A stretch of DNA of 64,000 nucleotides from an uncultured Pseudomonadales bacterium (GCA_943788825.1 CALSRT010000009.1:61743-125742); one strand, 5' to 3'; shown: positions 49,831-60,793, counted from the stretch's first letter. Translations and numbers: made by a program. Notes: a model not told the origin generated them from the letters alone.

Positions 49831-52520
49831 GGTGTCGCCTGCTGGACATGCTGATCCAGTTCTTCGCAGATTCGTTGTTGTAAAATGTCGCATGCTATTG
49901 GGTCAATAATCGCGTTGTTTTGCCTGTCTGCTATAAAGAAAATATCTTCGACTCGCTCGCCGAGAGTGGTAATTTTAGCGCTGTTGAGGCTGATATCCAG
50001 CTCGACGAAAATGTTGGCGATAATGGCTAGCAGCCCGGGTCGGTCGGGGGCGACTACTTCGAGAATCGTTTGGTTATTGCTCTCGTCCTGGTTGATTCTT
50101 ACCTGGGTTTTCAATGAGAACTGCTTCAACAGTCGCGGTGTGCGACGGTTAGTGTTGGGTTTAAATTCGCCTTGCTGCAGTAGATGTTCGCGCAAGGTTT
50201 TTTTGATTCTATCGAGTCGATTTTTTTGCTCGCCGATCGCTCTGCCATGTTCGTCAAGCACCACGAAAGTGTCGAAAATTTGCCCGTCTTTGGAAGCCGC
50301 GATTCGAGCATCGACGATATTCAGTCCGAGTCGATCGAAGGCTGTGACCGAGGCAACAAATAAAGACTCGTGCGCCGGGCCGTGGATAAAGATATGGGTT
50401 GCGCCTTCATCCAAGCGGTCGTTGCCATCATTACGAATCAAGATCAGTGGACCGCTGGCCGGATCATGTTCACTGATGGCGATCGTGTGCCAAGCAATAT
50501 CACTGACTGATTCGCGGACAAAGTAGTCATCGTCAACGCCGCCCCAGATAGACAGGATTGTCTCTCGGCTCAAGCCATGTTCCTGTAGGCGCTCGATCGC
50601 ATGGTTCTGCGTTTCGCTGATGTATTCTTTGCGATCTACTTGATTTTCGGGCCCCAGCCTCAGGGTTCGTTTAGTGTCGTTGTAGAGTTGGCGCATCAAC
50701 GATGCACGCCAGCTGTTCCACAAGGTGGTGTTGGTGGCATTGATGTCTGCCACCGTCAGAGCATAGAGATAATCTAGTCGAACTTGATCTTGCACCAGCA
50801 GCGCAAATTCCTGAATGACTTCAGGGTCAGAGAGATCCTTACGCTGCGCGGTGGTAGACATGGTCAGATGGTTTTTGACGAGCCAGCAAACAAGGTTGGT
50901 GTCCCAAGTGCCAAGTCCATGGCGCTCACAGAAGCTTGTCGCGACCTGAACACCCAGCTCAGAGTGATCTCCGCCCCGACCCTTGGCGATGTCGTGATAC
51001 AGACCGGCGATGTACAACAGTTCGATTTTTGGCAGGCGCGGGTGAATGTGTGCGGCGATTGGAAACATTTGCTCCTGGTTTTTGTAGCGGAAACGGCGCA
51101 TGTTCCGCACCACTTGCAACGTATGGGCATCGACGGTGTAGACGTGAAACAGATCGAATTGCATCAGGCCAATGACGCGGCCAAATTCTGGCAGATAGGC
51201 CCCTAAAATGCCGTACCGTTCCATGCGCCGCAGTTGTGTGAACAGATGTTCAGAGGACCGCAGCAGATCAAGAAACAGCCGAGTGACCTTTGGGTCATGG
51301 CGAAATGCATCATCAATACGGAACAGGTTGCTGGTCAGCAGGCGAATGGTAGAGGCGCGCACGCCCTCGATACTCGCGTCATTGGCGATGATGACGAACA
51401 TTTCCATCAGAGCGGCGGGTTCTTCGGCAAACACCGCTTCATGAGTGACTTCGATATGGTGGTTGAATATCTGGAAGCGCTCATTGACCGGAGTGATTTT
51501 CGCGCGCTCCTTTGAGCGAACGATCTCTTCGTCAAAGTGTTGCAGCAAAAGCTCGTTGGTGGCTCGAATCTCCATCGCAGCCCGATAGTAGGTCTGCATG
51601 AATTGTTCGACGGCGAGTTGGTCTTGGTCTTTATAGCCGAGGATTTCAGCGAGTTGGCGCTGGTAGTCGAACAATAATCTATCATCCATGCGGTCGGCAA
51701 TCAGGTGTAGACCATAACGGATTTTCCAGAGTAGCCGACGGCCACGGGTCAGAATCTCACTCTCGGCTTGAGTCAGAAATTGGCGCTCTACCAGATCGGC
51801 AAATGTCGCAGCACCGTACTTGCGCTTGGCTATCCACATCACTGTGTGGATGTCGCGGAGACCGCCGGGAGAAGTCTTAACATTCGGCTCAAGGCTGTAC
51901 TCGGTATGTTCTGACTTTCGATGGCGCTCTTCTTGCTCGGCGCGTTTAGCGGCATAGAATTTTTTCGGCGGCCAGATTTTCTCGGCGCGAATGGCATGGA
52001 ACATCATGTCCCGCAGTGTATCGTCACCGACGATAGTCCTGGCTTCCATCAGTGCCGTGATGATCGTGACGTCACGGGCTGCCTGGCTACGGCACTCACT
52101 GATGGAACGCACGCTATGGCCGACTTCCAGGCCAATGTCCCAAAGTAAAGTCAGGAAGCTTTGAATATTACTGGCGTGCCTTTCATAATTGCCACGCTCT
52201 AGCAGTATCAATAGGTCGATGTCAGAGTGCGGGTGGAGTTCGCCTCGTCCATAGCCACCAACTGCTACCAGGGAGACCCTGTGTTTACGCCAGCTTGAGA
52301 GGTTTTCATGCCAGTCAAAGCGATGCCAGGCGAGTTGCAACAGCTGGTCCATGAAATGCGCCCGATCGTGAACGAGGCGCTCAATGTCCTCGTGGGCATA
52401 GAAGCGTTTAGTGAGATCAGTGTTGCAGTCTTGCAGTGCCTGTTTGAACAGAGGTATAGCGCGTTTCGTGCCTTCCAGGTCGGTGCCAAGCTGCTCAATC
52501 AATGCGTCGATGGCTGGCAC
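49827..52520 (-). CDS. glnD: [protein-PII] uridylyltransferase/uridylyl-removing enzyme
   Basis: 897 aa. Nucleotidyltransferase domain (VAVGGYGRGELHPHSDIDLLIL), HD domain (AGLYHDIAKGRGGDH) and two C-terminal ACT domains. GTG start overlaps the map stop. Confidence 0.95.
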   Translation of the reverse strand: MPAIDALIEQLGTDLEGTKRAIPLFKQALQDCNTDLTKRFYAHEDIERLVHDRAHFMDQLLQLAWHRFDWHENLSSWRKHRVSLVAVGGYGRGELHPHSDIDLLILLERGNYERHASNIQSFLTLLWDIGLEVGHSVRSISECRSQAARDVTIITALMEARTIVGDDTLRDMMFHAIRAEKIWPPKKFYAAKRAEQEERHRKSEHTEYSLEPNVKTSPGGLRDIHTVMWIAKRKYGAATFADLVERQFLTQAESEILTRGRRLLWKIRYGLHLIADRMDDRLLFDYQRQLAEILGYKDQDQLAVEQFMQTYYRAAMEIRATNELLLQHFDEEIVRSKERAKITPVNERFQIFNHHIEVTHEAVFAEEPAALMEMFVIIANDASIEGVRASTIRLLTSNLFRIDDAFRHDPKVTRLFLDLLRSSEHLFTQLRRMERYGILGAYLPEFGRVIGLMQFDLFHVYTVDAHTLQVVRNMRRFRYKNQEQMFPIAAHIHPRLPKIELLYIAGLYHDIAKGRGGDHSELGVQVATSFCERHGLGTWDTNLVCWLVKNHLTMSTTAQRKDLSDPEVIQEFALLVQDQVRLDYLYALTVADINATNTTLWNSWRASLMRQLYNDTKRTLRLGPENQVDRKEYISETQNHAIERLQEHGLSRETILSIWGGVDDDYFVRESVSDIAWHTIAISEHDPASGPLILIRNDGNDRLDEGATHIFIHGPAHESLFVASVTAFDRLGLNIVDARIAASKDGQIFDTFVVLDEHGRAIGEQKNRLDRIKKTLREHLLQQGEFKPNTNRRTPRLLKQFSLKTQVRINQDESNNQTILEVVAPDRPGLLAIIANIFVELDISLNSAKITTLGERVEDIFFIADRQNNAIIDPIACDILQQRICEELDQHVQQATP

Positions 52521-53311
52521 TAGCTCGACGAACCCGACCGCTCGATAGTCTCGTCGCCGCGGTAAGTCAATATCTCATAGCCGGTGTCGGTCACCAGGAT
52601 GGTATGTTCGAACTGGGCCGTCAACTTGTGGTCCTTGGTGACAACCGTCCAGTCATCGGGGAGCAGTTTTACCGCTGCTTTGCCGGCATTGATCATGGGT
52701 TCGATGGTGAATGTCATGCCGGCCTCGAGCACAACACCGGTGCCGGCCCGTCCGTAGTGCAAGACTTGGGGTTCGTCATGAAAAACTGTGCCAATGCCGT
52801 GGCCGCAATACTCTCGAACCACCGAAAAGCGATTGCGCTCTGCATGGACTTGAATCACGTGGCCTATATCACCCAGATGCGCGCCGGGTTTGACCTGAGC
52901 GATACCTTTATACAGGCACTCCTGGGTGACCTGGATGAGTCGTTCTGCCAGAACACTGCCCTTACCAACGATAAATGTTTTGCTGGTATCGCCATGATAG
53001 GCGTCTTTCAGCAGCGTCACATCAATATTTATGATATCGCCGTTTTTAAGGATTTTTTCATCTGAGGGAATGCCATGGCAGACCACATGGTTGACCGATG
53101 TGCAGATTGACTTGGGGAATCCTCGATAGTTCAGCGGTGCCGGGATCGCGTGTTGCACGTTGACCGTATAGTCGTGGCAGATACGGTCCAGGTCACCAGT
53201 GGATACCCCAGGCTTAATATGTGCTTCGATCATCTCAAGTTGTTCGGCCGCTAGTGCGCCGACAGCACGCATCTTGGTGATTTCTTCGGGCGTTTTTAGA
53301 TTAATAGGCAT
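52520..53311 (-). CDS. map: type I methionine aminopeptidase
   Basis: VCHGIP, DIINIDVT, GHGIG and FTIEPM metal-ligand motifs. 263 aa. Confidence 0.95.
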   Translation of the reverse strand: MPINLKTPEEITKMRAVGALAAEQLEMIEAHIKPGVSTGDLDRICHDYTVNVQHAIPAPLNYRGFPKSICTSVNHVVCHGIPSDEKILKNGDIINIDVTLLKDAYHGDTSKTFIVGKGSVLAERLIQVTQECLYKGIAQVKPGAHLGDIGHVIQVHAERNRFSVVREYCGHGIGTVFHDEPQVLHYGRAGTGVVLEAGMTFTIEPMINAGKAAVKLLPDDWTVVTKDHKLTAQFEHTILVTDTGYEILTYRGDETIERSGSSS

Positions 53312-53610
53312 AAAACGTAGAGTGTCCGAGTCAGTATTTGGGTTCGTGTTTTCAGTCGCTGCCAGCAGGGGTGAATCGTCTGCTTGCCAGCCTGAATAAA
53401 ATTAATGGCGTACTATAGCAGATTCGTGAAGCACTGATTAAGGGCTATTTCGACCCGGACGATGTCAGCGCTTATTTCAACCTTGCACCTGTGCTGGATC
53501 TCCCCGCCTTTCGAAAGCTTGCCCCGCCTTGCCCTTGCTTCTGCGGCCCGCCGATAGCGGCTGAGGGGAGAGATTCCGGTGATGTTTTTTGGGCTAAAAT
53601 GGCCCGCTGA

Positions 53611-53639
53611 TTGGCTTTGTGGCGAGAATATGGTATAAA
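53611..53639 (+). promoter_or_regulatory. sigma-70-type promoter candidate for rpsB-tsf
   Basis: TTGGCT (53611-53616), 17-nt spacer, TATAAA (53634-53639). This would give a leader of about 180 nt, similar in length to the long structured rpsB leaders of gammaproteobacteria. Confidence 0.35.
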
Positions 53640-53825
53640 GCGCGCCGGTCCGGGAAACGGGTCGAAGTGTGAATTAAACAAGAAGATAAACAAGAACTTA
53701 AACCAAAAAATTCTCACATGTACCGTCACATAGTTCGGGTGCTTGACATACGGATGAATAATCCGGATCGATAAGTTGGACTATGGGGTATATGGAGGCT
53801 TAACCCGAACTACAATGAGGTATTT

Positions 53826-54653
53826 ATGTCAAACGTATCCATGCGTGAACTGCTGGAGGCCGGCGCTCACTTCGGTCACCAAACCCGTTACTGGAATCCC
53901 AAGATGCGCGAGTATATCTTCGGTGCCCGGAACAACATCCATATCATCAACCTGGAGCAAACCGTTCCCGCGTTGAACCAAGCCATGACTTATGTCCGCA
54001 ACACAACCTCAAAGCGCAATAAGGTGCTGTTTGTCGGCACCAAGCGCAGCGCTAGCAAGATTGTCAAAGAGCAGGCCGAGCGATGTGGTATGCCTTATGT
54101 CGACAAGCGCTGGTTAGGCGGCATGCTGACTAACTTCAAGACGATTCGACAGTCAATTAAGCGTCTCCATGACCTCGAAATTCAGGCCGGCGATGGCACA
54201 TTCGAGAAGCTGACTAAGAAAGAAGCACTGTCTCGTAAGCGTGACCTGGACAAGCTTGAAGTCAGCCTGGGTGGTATCAAGGACATGGGTGGATTGCCCG
54301 ATATCATTTTTGTGGTTGATGTTGATCATGAGCGGATTGCTATTACAGAAGCCAACAAGCTGGGTATCCCCGTTGTCGGTATCGTTGATACCAACAGCAA
54401 CCCTGATGGGGTGGATTATGTGATTCCCGGTAACGATGACGCGATTCGTTCCGTACGGATGTTTGTTCAAGCGATCGCCGACGCGGCAATAGAGGGCGTC
54501 GAGCAGTTCCAGGGCCCCACCAAGGTTGAAGAGTTCGCCGAAGTTAGTGAGCCAGCTGTCGTTGAAGCTGCCGCTGTCGAGCCAGCCGCTGAGCCAGCTG
54601 TAGCAGAGCCAGCAGCTGTTGAAGCTGCCAGCGAAGAAGTGCCAAAGGTCTAG
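53826..54653 (+). CDS. rpsB: 30S ribosomal protein S2
   Basis: [22 protein letters not shown]. Carries an extra C-terminal tail of about 30 aa rich in Ala, Glu, Pro and Val. Confidence 0.97.
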   Translation: MSNVSMRELLEAGAHFGHQTRYWNPKMREYIFGARNNIHIINLEQTVPALNQAMTYVRNTTSKRNKVLFVGTKRSASKIVKEQAERCGMPYVDKRWLGGMLTNFKTIRQSIKRLHDLEIQAGDGTFEKLTKKEALSRKRDLDKLEVSLGGIKDMGGLPDIIFVVDVDHERIAITEANKLGIPVVGIVDTNSNPDGVDYVIPGNDDAIRSVRMFVQAIADAAIEGVEQFQGPTKVEEFAEVSEPAVVEAAAVEPAAEPAVAEPAAVEAASEEVPKV

Positions 54654-54800
54654 TTGACGAGTCGATCGGCGCGAGCGCCGGTCGATGTTGGTTCAACCCT
54701 TTGCGTTTCATGCAAGTAAACGTCTTGCGAACAACTGTTTTCGGGCATTCCGAAGCGTTCGCGCAGACCAGACTATGACATTCAAGAATGAGGTGAAAAG

Positions 54801-55658
54801 ATGGCTGCAATCACAGCATCGATGGTCAAAGATTTAAGAGAGCGTACCGGTCTTGGTATGATGGATTGTAAAAAAGCCTTGGTCGAAGCGGACGGCGACG
54901 CGGAATTGGCGATTGAAAACCTGCGCAAGTCCAGTGGTATGAAAGCGGCGAAAAAAGCCGGCCGAACGGCTGCTGACGGGGCTATTGGTTCCAAAGTTGA
55001 GAACGGTCTGGGTGTTATGGTCGAAGTCAATTGCGAGACTGATTTTGCGGCCAAGGACGACAACTTTAAAAATTTTGTACAGATAGTCACAGATCAAATT
55101 TTCGCCGCCAAATCCGCTGATCTCCAAGCGCTGAATGATGCCGGCATGGAAAAAGTTCGCGAAGAGCTGGTGCAGAAAATCGGTGAGAATGTATCTATTC
55201 GCCGTGCAGCCGTGCTGGAAGGTAATATTACCCATTATATTCATGGCACCGGCAAGATAGGCGTCATGGTGATTCTTGAAGGTGGAGACGAGGAACTGGG
55301 CAAGGATATCGCCATGCATATCGCCGCTGCTGATCCTCAGCCACTGTATACGCACACGAGTGAAGTGCCTGCTGACCTTATTGCTAAGGAGCGCGAGATC
55401 TATGTCGCTCAGGCTGCAGAAAGTGGTAAGCCTGCAGAAATTGTTGAGAAAATGGTTGAAGGCCGAGTGCGCAAGTTCCTGGCGGAAATCAGCTTGGTGG
55501 AGCAGCCCTTCATTAAAAATCCAGATATGAAGATCGGTGCCCTGCTGAAGCAAGCCGGTGCAACGGTTGTTCAGTTCGTACGATATCAGGTGGGTGAAGG
55601 TATCGAAGTAGAGCATGTTGATTTTGCGACGGAAGTTGCGAGTACGATGGGCCAATAG
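54801..55658 (+). CDS. tsf: translation elongation factor Ts
   Basis: ITASMVKDLRERTGLGMMDCKKAL UBA-like N-terminus. 285 aa. Confidence 0.97.
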   Translation: MAAITASMVKDLRERTGLGMMDCKKALVEADGDAELAIENLRKSSGMKAAKKAGRTAADGAIGSKVENGLGVMVEVNCETDFAAKDDNFKNFVQIVTDQIFAAKSADLQALNDAGMEKVREELVQKIGENVSIRRAAVLEGNITHYIHGTGKIGVMVILEGGDEELGKDIAMHIAAADPQPLYTHTSEVPADLIAKEREIYVAQAAESGKPAEIVEKMVEGRVRKFLAEISLVEQPFIKNPDMKIGALLKQAGATVVQFVRYQVGEGIEVEHVDFATEVASTMGQ

Positions 55659-55740
55659 ATAGCCTTTGAGGCGGAACCGTCGAGTCATCGGTGGTACTGC
55701 CTCTGCCTCGCCTAAAATTCAAGGTCAAAATGGAGCTGTA

Positions 55741-56460
55741 ATGCCAAATAAAGCGACACCGAAATACCAACGGATACTGCTTAAACTCAGCGGCGAAGCC
55801 CTTGGTTTAGAGGGTGTTGGCATTGATCCCAAGGTGCTGGATCGAACTGCCCTGGAAATTGGTCAGTTAATCGGGATTGGTGTCCAGGTCGGTTTAGTGG
55901 TGGGTGGCGGTAATCTGTTTCGTGGTGCCCAATTAAGTGCGGCGGGCCTGGACCGGGTCACTGGCGATCACATGGGCATGTTGGCGACGGTGATGAACGC
56001 GCTCGCCATGCGAGATGCGCTGGAGCGCTCGAATATCAAAACGGTGGTCATGTCCGCCATCCCCATGAGCGGTATCGTGGCTCACTATGACCGGCGCCTG
56101 GCAATTCGCCACCTGGTGCAGGGCGACGTGGTGATCTTCGCTGCCGGCACAGGCAATCCTTTTTTTACCACAGATACCGCTGCTTGCTTGCGCGGCATTG
56201 AAATTGATGCGGATATCGTGCTGAAAGCCACCAAAGTCGACGGTGTTTATAGTGCGGATCCGATGAAGGATCCGACGGCGACGCGGTATGATAGGCTCAC
56301 CTACGACGAGGTGTTAGAAAAGCAGCTAGAGGTCATGGATCTCACAGCGATCTGCCTCGCGCGGGATCAGAATATGCCGCTTCGAGTGTTTGCCATGGAG
56401 CAGAGCGGGGCGTTGCGGAACGCCATTGTGGGCGAAGGTGAAGGCACCTTAATCGAATAA
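55741..56460 (+). CDS. pyrH: UMP kinase
   Basis: [23 protein letters not shown] and FTTDTAA motifs. ATG 55741 is preferred to the ORF opening at 55666. Confidence 0.95.
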   Translation: MPNKATPKYQRILLKLSGEALGLEGVGIDPKVLDRTALEIGQLIGIGVQVGLVVGGGNLFRGAQLSAAGLDRVTGDHMGMLATVMNALAMRDALERSNIKTVVMSAIPMSGIVAHYDRRLAIRHLVQGDVVIFAAGTGNPFFTTDTAACLRGIEIDADIVLKATKVDGVYSADPMKDPTATRYDRLTYDEVLEKQLEVMDLTAICLARDQNMPLRVFAMEQSGALRNAIVGEGEGTLIE

Positions 56461-56514
56461 AGCTGATCGAATAAAGCTGATCGAATAAAGCTGATCGAAT
56501 AAAGCTGATCGAAG
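56452..56514. repeat. 14-bp tandem repeat, 4.5 copies, starting inside the last codons of pyrH
   Basis: atcgaataaagctg x4 followed by atcgaag. The first unit contains the pyrH codons I-E-stop (TAA at 56458-56460). Confidence 0.9.
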
Positions 56515-56580
56515 ACCGTTACTGGCGAAGTAATAGGACTAATTTCAAGAAAGTTTAGCAGACTTAAAAGAGGAATCGAC

Positions 56581-57138
56581 GTGCTGGAAGAAGTGAAGCA
56601 AGACGCGCAGCTACGAATGGATAAGTCCCTGGCAGCCCTGAGTAACGCGTTTACCCGTTTGCGCACTGGGCGAGCTCACCCTGGGTTGCTTGATGGCATC
56701 ACTATCGATTACTACGGGACGCCGACGCCACTGAACCAGATCGCCAATATTAGTGTCGAGGATAATCGCACTTTGGCGGTTACCCCTTGGGAAAAGCCGA
56801 TGATCCCGGTAGTCGAGAAGGCCATCTTAAAGTCAGACCTGGGTCTGAATCCGGCCACCAGTGGTGACAAAATTAGGTTGCCAATGCCGCCGCTGACCGA
56901 AGAGAATCGCCGTGACCTAACTAAAGTCGCGAAGAATGAGGCAGAAAATTCCCGAATCTCCATTCGAAACATTCGTCGTGATGCCAACGCGCAGCTCAAA
57001 GAGTTGCTAAAAGATAAGGACATTACTGAGGATGAAGCTCGCCGCGGTGAAGAGTTAATTCAGAAGTTGACCGACGAGAAAATCAAGGAAGTTGACTCAT
57101 CCCTGGAAGCCAAAGAAAGAGATTTAATGGCGATCTAA
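56581..57138 (+). CDS. frr: ribosome recycling factor
   Basis: 185 aa. DAQLRMDKSLAAL...LRTGRAHPGLLD. GTG start after AGAGGA. Confidence 0.95.
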   Translation: MLEEVKQDAQLRMDKSLAALSNAFTRLRTGRAHPGLLDGITIDYYGTPTPLNQIANISVEDNRTLAVTPWEKPMIPVVEKAILKSDLGLNPATSGDKIRLPMPPLTEENRRDLTKVAKNEAENSRISIRNIRRDANAQLKELLKDKDITEDEARRGEELIQKLTDEKIKEVDSSLEAKERDLMAI

Positions 57139-57250
57139 GCCAAGGCATTTGAAGTCTCTGTTGGATTTTCTCCCAAAGAGCTTCGTTCCAATTCCATCGG
57201 CTGACTGTGAGTGATTCTGTGCGGATAGTGCGAAAAAATGAGGTTCATTC

Positions 57251-58078
57251 ATGCTAAAGCAGCGAATAATCACCGCACTCATCCTGGCTCCAATCGTTAT
57301 CGCTTGTGTGTTTTTTCTGCCTCCTGCGGGTTTCTCCGTGTTTCTCATTGGCGCCCTGACCGTTGGCGGCTGGGAATGGGCGAATCTGGCTCATTATGAT
57401 GGCTGGCAGCGCTACCTCTATGCTTTGGCCATCGCGCTGTTGCTCGTTGCTGTGTCTTTTCTCATTAAGGACTCCGCGTCCTGGGCCCTGGCTATTCTCT
57501 TGATCGCTGGACTCTGGTGGGTGCTGGCGTTGTTTCTGGTGATCGACTATCCGCGGAGTCAACGCTATTGGTCTTCGAGTTGGGTGCTGACGTTGTTGGG
57601 CCCGATCATGTTAGTGCCGGGGTATGTCGGGCTGATGCAACTCAAACTAACGAATGATGGTCATTTTTTGATCCTGCTATTGTTTTTCCTCATCTGGGGT
57701 GCAGATATCGGCGCTTACTTTACCGGTCGGCGTTGGGGCGATAAAAAACTCGCGCCGGCAGTCAGTCCTGGGAAGTCCTGGGCCGGTTTCTATGGCGGTG
57801 TGACGCTGGCGACCCTGATCACTATTGCGATGTGTCTTTGGCTGGGTAAGCCGGTGATGTTGTCAGCTGCAGGTCTTGTGTTCCTGTTGGGCTGTGTCCT
57901 GGTGGTCCTGTTTTCCGTGCTGGGCGACCTTACTGAGAGCATGTTCAAACGTCAGCGGGGGATCAAAGATTCCAGCCAACTGCTGCCAGGACACGGTGGT
58001 GTGCTTGATCGAGTTGACAGCTTACTGGCAGGGGCGCCGATTTTTGCGTTATTCGTCCTGCTGTTCGATTGGCAATGA
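57251..58078 (+). CDS. cdsA: phosphatidate cytidylyltransferase
   Basis: Polytopic membrane protein with the CDS signature [28 protein letters not shown]. Confidence 0.9.
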   Translation: MLKQRIITALILAPIVIACVFFLPPAGFSVFLIGALTVGGWEWANLAHYDGWQRYLYALAIALLLVAVSFLIKDSASWALAILLIAGLWWVLALFLVIDYPRSQRYWSSSWVLTLLGPIMLVPGYVGLMQLKLTNDGHFLILLLFFLIWGADIGAYFTGRRWGDKKLAPAVSPGKSWAGFYGGVTLATLITIAMCLWLGKPVMLSAAGLVFLLGCVLVVLFSVLGDLTESMFKRQRGIKDSSQLLPGHGGVLDRVDSLLAGAPIFALFVLLFDWQ

Positions 58079-59325
58079 GTATGAGCGATGTCATGAAGGA
58101 AAACAGCGGTAGGCGCAGGCGCGTGACGATACTCGGCTCGACAGGTAGTGTCGGGTTGAACACGCTGGATGTGATCGGCCGAAATTCAGATCGCTATGAG
58201 GTGTTTGCGCTAACAGCCAATACTAACTTTCAGTTGCTAGCGGATCAGTGTCGGCAATATCGCCCCCGTTTTGCTGTGCTTTGCGATGCAACGGCGGCGC
58301 TGCAGCTAAGCCAACTCTTGGCTGCGAGCCAAATACCCACTGAAATCCTGGTTGGGCCGGCTGGACTCGATCAAGTAGCCGCTCATGAGGACACTGATTA
58401 CGTCATGGCGGCGATCGTCGGCGCTGCAGGTTTGGCGTCTGCCCTGGCGGCAGTGGAAGAGGGCAAGCGCTTGCTGCTCGCGAATAAAGAAGCCCTCGTC
58501 ATGTCTGGCAGCTTGTTTATGCAGGCGGTGAAAACACACCAATCGACGCTACTGCCCATCGACAGTGAGCATAATGCCATTTTTCAAAGTATGGCGAACG
58601 GTGCAGCAAACCATGCTACTGGCATACGCAAAATTCTGTTAACGGGGTCTGGTGGTCCCTTGCGGCAGCTGCCGCTGGCGCAAATGTCACAGGTGACCCC
58701 TGATCAGGCCTGCGCTCATCCGAATTGGAGTATGGGTCGAAAGATCTCCGTAGATTCAGCGACGATGATGAACAAGGGTCTAGAGATTATTGAGGCTAAG
58801 TGGTTGTTTGATCTGGACGTGGATCAGATTGAGGTGGTGGTGCATCCCCAGAGCATTATCCATTCAATGGTGGACTATATCGACGGCTCGATTGTTGCCC
58901 AGCTAGGGAATCCGGACATGCGGACCCCTATAGCCCATGGCCTGGCCTGGCCAAACCGAGTCGATTCTGGCGTCTCGATGTTGGATATGACGGCTATCGG
59001 GCGACTTGACTTCGAACCACCTGACTTGCAGCGATTTCCCTGTTTGCGCCTGGCGCAGGAGGTGGCAAGAGGTGCTCAGAGCCTTGCGATCGCGATGAAT
59101 GCGGCCAACGAAGTGGCGGTGCAGGCATTTTTGGATGAACTTATCACCTTTACCGACATCCCACTCATCATTGAATCGGTACTCGAACAGACAGACTCGG
59201 ATGAAGCGCTTACAATGGCGTCGATTCTGGCGATTGATCACCAGGCAAGACAACAGGCAGGCAAAGCAATGCAGCGTAAAGGAGTATCGGTGACATCATC
59301 AAGGGCGGGAGACCCGAATGCTTGA
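58069..59325 (+). CDS. dxr: 1-deoxy-D-xylulose 5-phosphate reductoisomerase
   Basis: [16 protein letters not shown] motif, [27 protein letters not shown]. Several possible starts (TTG 58069; ATG 58075, 58081, 58093). Confidence 0.9.
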   Translation: MAMSMSDVMKENSGRRRRVTILGSTGSVGLNTLDVIGRNSDRYEVFALTANTNFQLLADQCRQYRPRFAVLCDATAALQLSQLLAASQIPTEILVGPAGLDQVAAHEDTDYVMAAIVGAAGLASALAAVEEGKRLLLANKEALVMSGSLFMQAVKTHQSTLLPIDSEHNAIFQSMANGAANHATGIRKILLTGSGGPLRQLPLAQMSQVTPDQACAHPNWSMGRKISVDSATMMNKGLEIIEAKWLFDLDVDQIEVVVHPQSIIHSMVDYIDGSIVAQLGNPDMRTPIAHGLAWPNRVDSGVSMLDMTAIGRLDFEPPDLQRFPCLRLAQEVARGAQSLAIAMNAANEVAVQAFLDELITFTDIPLIIESVLEQTDSDEALTMASILAIDHQARQQAGKAMQRKGVSVTSSRAGDPNA

Positions 59326-60793
59326 AGTCCTACAAAGTGTCATTGCACTGATCGTTACTTTGTCGATCCTCGTGACGATTCATGAATATGGTCATTATGC
59401 TGCAGCACGGCTTTGTGGCGTTCACGTCCTGCGATTTAGCGTTGGTTTCGGCAAAGCGCTGTACACTCGCCGTGGAAGGGCGCCTGAGTCAATAGCGGTG
59501 CCTGTGGAGCAGGCGATCGCGACCCGCAGCAATGAGCCCTTAGAGGGTACCGAATTCACGATCGCCGCCATACCGCTGGGTGGTTACGTCAAGATGCTGG
59601 ATGAACGCGAAGGCTTTGTGCCGGACGATCAGTTGCATCTGACCTTTAATCGTAAGCCTGTTTTACAACGCATCTTTATTGTTTCTGCCGGGCCCGCCGC
59701 GAATTTCTTGCTAGCGATTGCGGCGTACTGGGCCTTATTCACGCTGGGCGTCACTGGTATCGTGCCGTTATTGGGCGATATCGATCCGCAATCGAGTGCC
59801 GCCCGCGCCGGGCTTCATGCTAATCAAGAGATTGTGGCCGTTGACGGTGTGCCGACCAGCACCTGGTCCGAGGTTAATTTACGATTATTTAATCGAATCG
59901 GAGATTCCGGTGACATCCAACTGACGACCCGTGACTTTCAACCTCCGCTGAACGAGACATTCGAATCCGAGTTTGCCTCGGCGGGTGCGCCAGCACTGTT
60001 AGCACCGACCAGCCATTATGTCATCACTGTGGATCAATGGCTGTCAGACGTAGAGGAGCCAAATCCCGCTCGAGCCTTGGGTCTGGTGTTGAAGTTCCCG
60101 GAAATTCCCGCGGTGATTGGCTCGGTTATCGAGAATGAGCCGGCCGTTGCCGCCGGGCTTCTCAGCGGTGACAAGATTGTTGAGGCGAATGGTCAGTCTA
60201 TCGACAGCTGGCCGCAATGGGTCACTCTTATTCAGGAGAATGCTGAAAAGCCGGTCAGTTTGCTGGTCCAACGTCGCACGGAAGTCCTTTATCTGACGAT
60301 CATCCCGCGCGCAGTGGTGCGAGAAGGCAAAAGTGTCGGCTACGTGGGAGCATCAAGACAGTCGATCGATTTTCCCCCTGAGATGCAGAGAGTGGTATCA
60401 TATCCGCTGTATAGCGCCTGGTTGCCGGCCGTACAGAAAACATGGTCAGTAACGGTATTTACCCTCGACTCGATCAAGAAAATGATAGTCGGGGCAATTT
60501 CACCCAAGAATCTCAGTGGGCCGATTACGATAGCCCAGATCGCAAGTGCCACGGCTCAGTCAGGACCCGAGAGTTTTGTGGGCTTTATTGCGCTTTTGAG
60601 TATTAGCCTGGGCGTACTGAATTTATTACCAATTCCGGTACTTGATGGTGGGCACTTACTATACTATCTCGTTGAGCTAGTCACGCGTCGACCAGTACCT
60701 GAAAAAATCCAGTTATGGGGTTTGCAGCTGGGCATGTTTATTATCGTCAGCATAATGCTGTTGGCTTTTTATAATGATCTAACAAGACTTTAA
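59318..60793 (+). CDS. rseP: sigma-E protease RseP (site-2 zinc metalloprotease)
   Basis: HEYGHY zinc motif in TM1, PDZ region, and C-terminal [13 protein letters not shown] motif. 491 aa. Confidence 0.9.
   Translation: MLEVLQSVIALIVTLSILVTIHEYGHYAAARLCGVHVLRFSVGFGKALYTRRGRAPESIAVPVEQAIATRSNEPLEGTEFTIAAIPLGGYVKMLDEREGFVPDDQLHLTFNRKPVLQRIFIVSAGPAANFLLAIAAYWALFTLGVTGIVPLLGDIDPQSSAARAGLHANQEIVAVDGVPTSTWSEVNLRLFNRIGDSGDIQLTTRDFQPPLNETFESEFASAGAPALLAPTSHYVITVDQWLSDVEEPNPARALGLVLKFPEIPAVIGSVIENEPAVAAGLLSGDKIVEANGQSIDSWPQWVTLIQENAEKPVSLLVQRRTEVLYLTIIPRAVVREGKSVGYVGASRQSIDFPPEMQRVVSYPLYSAWLPAVQKTWSVTVFTLDSIKKMIVGAISPKNLSGPITIAQIASATAQSGPESFVGFIALLSISLGVLNLLPIPVLDGGHLLYYLVELVTRRPVPEKIQLWGLQLGMFIIVSIMLLAFYNDLTRL

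Noticed and set aside
53472-53729. 85-aa minus-strand ORF in the map-rpsB intergenic region
   Set aside because: It has a GTG start without an SD and a Pro/Gly/Arg-rich, low-complexity translation. It overlaps the predicted rpsB promoter and leader. The region is more plausibly regulatory RNA or DNA.
54660-54700. Hairpin CGGCGC-GA-GCGCCG after rpsB as an rpsB-tsf attenuator or terminator
   Set aside because: The loop is too small as written and no U-tract follows. rpsB and tsf are normally co-transcribed. The evidence is insufficient to call a feature.
54834-55688. 284-aa ORF antisense to the whole of tsf
   Set aside because: It lies in the codon-aligned antisense frame of a highly expressed gene. 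Stops in that frame arise only from sense TTA/CTA/TCA codons, which tsf avoids. Its product has no recognisable features and its start has no plausible SD. It is a shadow ORF.
56452-56514. Possibility that the tandem arrays (also at 16968..17069 and 2273..2407) are CRISPR arrays
   Set aside because: The units are contiguous with no spacers and are only 11-17 bp long. No cas genes or leader are present.
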